Positions 60,473 to 64,000 of a stretch of DNA of 64,000 bases are shown in pieces. The number at the start of each line of letters is the position of its first letter. Position 1 is the first letter of the stretch. The stretch lies in assembly GCA_965225945.1 (NCBI GenBank), contig CBDDBZ010000030.1, positions 1 to 64,000 on the forward strand, in the 5' to 3' direction. The stretch comes from Alphaproteobacteria bacterium (lineage in GTDB: Bacteria; Pseudomonadota; Alphaproteobacteria; GCA-2731375). The translations under genes and the position numbers were made by a program. The notes under the pieces were generated by a model. That model was not told where the DNA came from and made no database searches. It saw only the letters and a list, made by a program, of their open reading frames with translations.

Positions 60473-61276
60473 ATGTCCAAACTCCGGCTCGCCACCTGGA
60501 ACATCAACTCGGTCCGTTCCCACATGGACGTGGTGGAGCGCTTCGTCGCCGCCGAGACGCCGGACATCCTCTGCCTGCAGGAGACCAAGGTCGCCGACGA
60601 GCGGTTTCCCTTGGCACCCTTCCGCAAGATGGGCTTCGCCCACCATGCCATCCACGGCCAGAAGGCCTATCACGGGGTCGCCGTCTTCTCGCGCACCCTG
60701 CCGCTCGACAAGGTCACGCGGCGGCAATGGTGCGACAGCGCCGACGCCCGTCATCTCCACTGCCGGATCGCCGACGGGATCGAGTTGCACAACTTCTATG
60801 TTCCCGCGGGCGGCGACGTTCCCGATGTCGAGGGGAACGACAAATTCCGTCACAAGCTCCAGTTCATGACCGAGGTCACGGACTGGTTCCGCCGCCGCAA
60901 GCGCCGCGCCAATCGCTTCGTCCTGGTCGGCGATCTGAACGTGGCACCACTGGAGAGCGACGTCTGGAACCACAAGCAACTGCTGAAGGTGGTGAGCCAC
61001 ACGCCGATCGAGGTCGAGCACATGGCCCGTTGGCGGGCCAGCCACGACTGGGTCGACGCCGTCCGCCAGCTGATCCCGCCGGAAGAAGTGCTCTATAGCT
61101 GGTGGAGCTACCGGGCCCGCGACTGGGAGGCGGCGGACCGGGGCAGACGACTGGACCACGTCTGGGTGACGCCGGCGCTCAGCGGCGCGATCCGCGAGGC
61201 GCGCGTCGTCAAGGCCGCGCGCGGCTGGCCGAAGACCAGCGACCACGCGCCGGTGGTGGTCGATCTGGAGCTCTGA
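60473..61276 (+). CDS. xth: Exodeoxyribonuclease III
   Basis: Motifs ATWNINS, LQETK, GDLNVAP, YSWWSY, SDHAP. Confidence 0.95.
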   Translation: MSKLRLATWNINSVRSHMDVVERFVAAETPDILCLQETKVADERFPLAPFRKMGFAHHAIHGQKAYHGVAVFSRTLPLDKVTRRQWCDSADARHLHCRIADGIELHNFYVPAGGDVPDVEGNDKFRHKLQFMTEVTDWFRRRKRRANRFVLVGDLNVAPLESDVWNHKQLLKVVSHTPIEVEHMARWRASHDWVDAVRQLIPPEEVLYSWWSYRARDWEAADRGRRLDHVWVTPALSGAIREARVVKAARGWPKTSDHAPVVVDLEL

Positions 61277-61344
61277 CGGCAACTGCACCGTACGGCTCGT
61301 TTTCCACTCGGGCCGTGTGACTTCCGTCACTCGAGCCTATCGCT

Positions 61345-61365
61345 GCCGGCCCTCGGGGGGCCGGC
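61345..61365. terminator. GC hairpin between convergent genes
   Basis: gccggccc-tcggg-gggccggc, with no clear U-tract. Confidence 0.35.
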
Positions 61366-61386
61366 GCGGCTTCCAGCCTCAGACGG

Positions 61387-61875
61387 TCAACGATTGACGT
61401 ACATGTGATAGCGCCCGGGCGCCACCGCCTCGGGCGTTTCCATCGCCTCGAAACCAGCGGCCTCCATCACCTGATCGGCAACCACGATGGCGCCGGGCGC
61501 AAGCAAGCGCGCGAGCCTCGGCGCAACCCATGCGGCAAGCGCCACCGACGCCGCCTTGTCGCCACCGCCGATATCGCAATGTGCCAGCACCGCCGGCGCG
61601 CCAATCCGCGCCACGGCGTCCGGAAGGGTGTCTTGGATCTCGCCCAGGAGCATGTGGGCAGCATCCGGAATACTGTCCGGATGCGCGGCCACCTGGCGGT
61701 CGAAGACGAAGATTTCACGATCCGGCATGCGCTCGCGGAGATGGTCGAAGGTGCGGCCGTTGCCGAGTCCGAGTTCGAGCACCGGTCCGCTCCGCGCGCC
61801 GACCAACGAGACCGCCAGGTCGAGGCAGGCGCGCTGGGCTTTCAGGCGGCGGATGAAGGAGTCGAGGCGGCTCAT
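61387..61875 (-). CDS. Small class I SAM-dependent methyltransferase-like protein (Methyltransf_17-like)
   Basis: MSRLDSFIRR and VLELGLGNGRT.DHLR. Confidence 0.8.
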   Translation of the reverse strand: MSRLDSFIRRLKAQRACLDLAVSLVGARSGPVLELGLGNGRTFDHLRERMPDREIFVFDRQVAAHPDSIPDAAHMLLGEIQDTLPDAVARIGAPAVLAHCDIGGGDKAASVALAAWVAPRLARLLAPGAIVVADQVMEAAGFEAMETPEAVAPGRYHMYVNR

Positions 61876-62348
61876 TGATCCGTCGCGGCGCTGGCTTTTG
61901 CCAGGCGTTGATTGGCTTCCGAGAGCTGCAGGTTGGTCTGTTCCAGGCGGCGCGCCAGCTCACGCATGATCTCGATCCCCATTTCGGGGAATTCGGTTAT
62001 CATGCGGAAGAACAGGTCCTTGGAAATTTTCAGGGTCTCGAGTTCGCCCGTGGCCCGGATCGTCGCCGTTCTGGGCACGTCGATCAGAATGGCGATCTCG
62101 CCGACGAATGCGTTCTTCGAGACATGCGCGACCGTGAGTGGCCCGTTCGGCGTATCGATGATGACGTCCGCCTCGCCGCGCACGATGACGTAGGCGGCAT
62201 CGCCGATATCACCCTGGCGGAAAATGTCCTGCTGGGCGGGATAGGTCAGCCGTTCACTGGTGAACGCCAGCAATTTGAGCCGCGAGGGCTCGATGTTGGC
62301 GAAGAGCGGTACGCTCCGCAGCAACTCGACTTCTTCGCTCAGGCTCAT
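61872..62348 (-). CDS. Stand-alone cyclic-nucleotide-binding domain protein
   Basis: IF.QGD.GD..Y.I..G and GEIA.L...PRTAT. No HTH. Confidence 0.9.
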   Translation of the reverse strand: MSLSEEVELLRSVPLFANIEPSRLKLLAFTSERLTYPAQQDIFRQGDIGDAAYVIVRGEADVIIDTPNGPLTVAHVSKNAFVGEIAILIDVPRTATIRATGELETLKISKDLFFRMITEFPEMGIEIMRELARRLEQTNLQLSEANQRLAKASAATDQ

Positions 62349-62372
62349 GGTCTCGCTCCGGGTTCCATTGAA

Positions 62373-64000
62373 TCACTCTTGACTCAACAACTTGTTAAAG
62401 AACGTCCCCTCGACGTTCAGTTCGGCGAAGCTGCCCTGCTCGACGATCTTGCCTTGGCGCATCACGATCACATGATCGAAATGCTCGCCATCACGGGCGC
62501 GATGCAGGGCCCAGATCAGCGCCTTGTGTTCGAACGTTTCCAACAGACCCTCCATTATGCGGGTCTGACTGGCGCCGTCCATGCCGCTGGTGGGCTCGAA
62601 CAGCAACAGCACGTCGGGACGCTTGAGCGTGGCCCGCGCGAGCGCGAGCCGTTGCCGTTGCGCGCTGCTGAGACGCGCCCCGGCTATGCCTACATTGTAT
62701 TGCAGACCCACCTCGGCAACGGTGTGACGCAGGTCCAGCTCGCTGATCACCTCTCGGATCAGCACGCCGACCCGCTCCTGCGCCTGGGCCTGGCCGTAGG
62801 CCACTTTGCCGAATAGAATGTTGTCCTGTAAATTCGCGGCCCGATTGTAGCTCTCCCGATCAAAGAACTCGATCGCGCTCCGTAGTTCATCCGGCAGGTT
62901 TTGCGCGAAGATTTCGCGCGCGTCCAAGATCTTGGTCTGAAATTCGGCATCGACCAGGCCCAGGCGATGGCGCGCCGGCACCAGGACGAACGGTAGCGAA
63001 ATCAGGGTCGAGCGCTCGGCCATGCCGAGGGCTCGCAAATTGTCGCGATCGGCCCGTTGCAAGAGGTTCTGCAATTCCGGCAGTCCATCCGCCGAGACGA
63101 AGCTGAACTGTTGAAAGAGTTCGTGGTCCGGCGGTAGGTCGGCGAAGAGCTCGACCATGGTCGCCGCCAATTGATAGCCGACCTGGAGGAACTTTTGGAT
63201 CAGGCCCGCGTCCTCGAGGACCTCGAGGACGTACTCGTTGGCGGCCAAATGGTCGGAATCGAAGTCGTCGGTGACCGGGTTGCCGAACAGCAGGTTCTCG
63301 CCGACGCTGGCGTTGGAGTTGTAGCGATCGCGGTCGAAGGTCTCCACCAGGGGCGCGATCTCGGGGTCGATCAAACGCTCGCGCAACCGGGTCCTGGCGC
63401 TCATGATCTGCTCCGCGACATCGGCCCGCCGATCGGGATCGATGGTGCCCCGGAGGCCGAATTCGTAGATGTCCTCCGACATTCCCAACATCTCCAGGAC
63501 CTCGAGCGCGCGGGCCGTCAGGCCGGGCAGGTCGCCGACGTCGGCGGAGCCGTAGTCGGTCCAGTCTGCCTCGATGTCATGGTCGATATTGCCGGAGCGC
63601 TGTGCCTCCGAGACATAGTGTGCTCGCTCGCTCGCCGCCGTGCCCTGATAGGTGTGCTCGACCAGCGGTCGATGGCGCAGGCCGAAATACAGATTGTTGG
63701 CGATCGAGCCGGCGAAGATGAAGGAATTCTGACCGACATAGGCGGTCCGACGCCCGACCACGGCCTCGGGCGCGACGGTGAAGTCGACGCCGCCGACGGC
63801 GAGCGAGCCGCGATCGGGGTCGAGCAGGCGGGCGAGCGTGAGCACCAGCTCTTCCCGGCCGCTGCCGGGCGGGCCGATCAGCGCCACCCGACGATCGAGC
63901 GGCACGCGGGCGGAGACGCCGTCGAGCACGGCGATGTCCTGGTCGTCGCGCCACGTCACGTTGGCCAGCGCGATCTCGCCCCGGAGTGGCTCGATGCTCT
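62373..64000 (-). CDS. ABC transporter ATP-binding domain with large insertion and degenerate motifs (3' part; starts beyond window)
   Basis: Walker A-like GPPGSGRE, Q-loop YVGQ, signature-like LSSAQRQR, Walker B-like LLLFEPT and G.IVEQG. Confidence 0.8.
   Translation of the reverse strand, partial: SIEPLRGEIALANVTWRDDQDIAVLDGVSARVPLDRRVALIGPPGSGREELVLTLARLLDPDRGSLAVGGVDFTVAPEAVVGRRTAYVGQNSFIFAGSIANNLYFGLRHRPLVEHTYQGTAASERAHYVSEAQRSGNIDHDIEADWTDYGSADVGDLPGLTARALEVLEMLGMSEDIYEFGLRGTIDPDRRADVAEQIMSARTRLRERLIDPEIAPLVETFDRDRYNSNASVGENLLFGNPVTDDFDSDHLAANEYVLEVLEDAGLIQKFLQVGYQLAATMVELFADLPPDHELFQQFSFVSADGLPELQNLLQRADRDNLRALGMAERSTLISLPFVLVPARHRLGLVDAEFQTKILDAREIFAQNLPDELRSAIEFFDRESYNRAANLQDNILFGKVAYGQAQAQERVGVLIREVISELDLRHTVAEVGLQYNVGIAGARLSSAQRQRLALARATLKRPDVLLLFEPTSGMDGASQTRIMEGLLETFEHKALIWALHRARDGEHFDHVIVMRQGKIVEQGSFAELNVEGTFFNKLLSQE

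Overview
High-GC alphaproteobacterial chromosome segment, probably Rhodospirillales-like. The assignment rests on the alpha-type LexA box, fzlA, petABC and the ubiL-glnK-amtB-aminotransferase-ftsK-lolA-xth order. Bases ~1-19.5 kb are a decaying defence/mobile island. It holds a type III-like Mod methyltransferase running off the left edge, an IHF/HU gene, and a translationally coupled bacterial ubiquitination-like operon. That operon is a Ubl ending in -DDNS with no terminal Gly, an E2-fold protein, and a frameshifted JAB-E1 fusion whose E1 lacks the usual catalytic Cys. It is followed by a Zn-finger/HEPN-motif protein, two trypsin-like proteases, two tyrosine-integrase 3' relics, a DUF3991/TOPRIM relic, a second stand-alone JAB protein, nested IS256/IS21/IS3/RAYT elements, and an AT-rich parA cassette broken by short tandem duplications. 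Bases ~19.8-64 kb are mostly core genes: fzlA-tsaE-amgK, an ABC-2 exporter, amidase, MFS, LexA-controlled imuA-imuB-dnaE2 with an inserted palindrome-flanked GIY-YIG gene, hicAB, dinJ-yafQ, argD-argF-hslO, cca, hemF, trmL, petABC, rho, a Ubi hydroxylase, an IS630 inside the glnK-amtB regulatory region, ftsK, lolA, a C26 hydrolase-gtdA insert, xth, and a degenerate ABC/cNMP-binding/methyltransferase operon. No rRNA, tRNA or CRISPR array was seen. All calls come from reading motifs by eye; no database searches were run.
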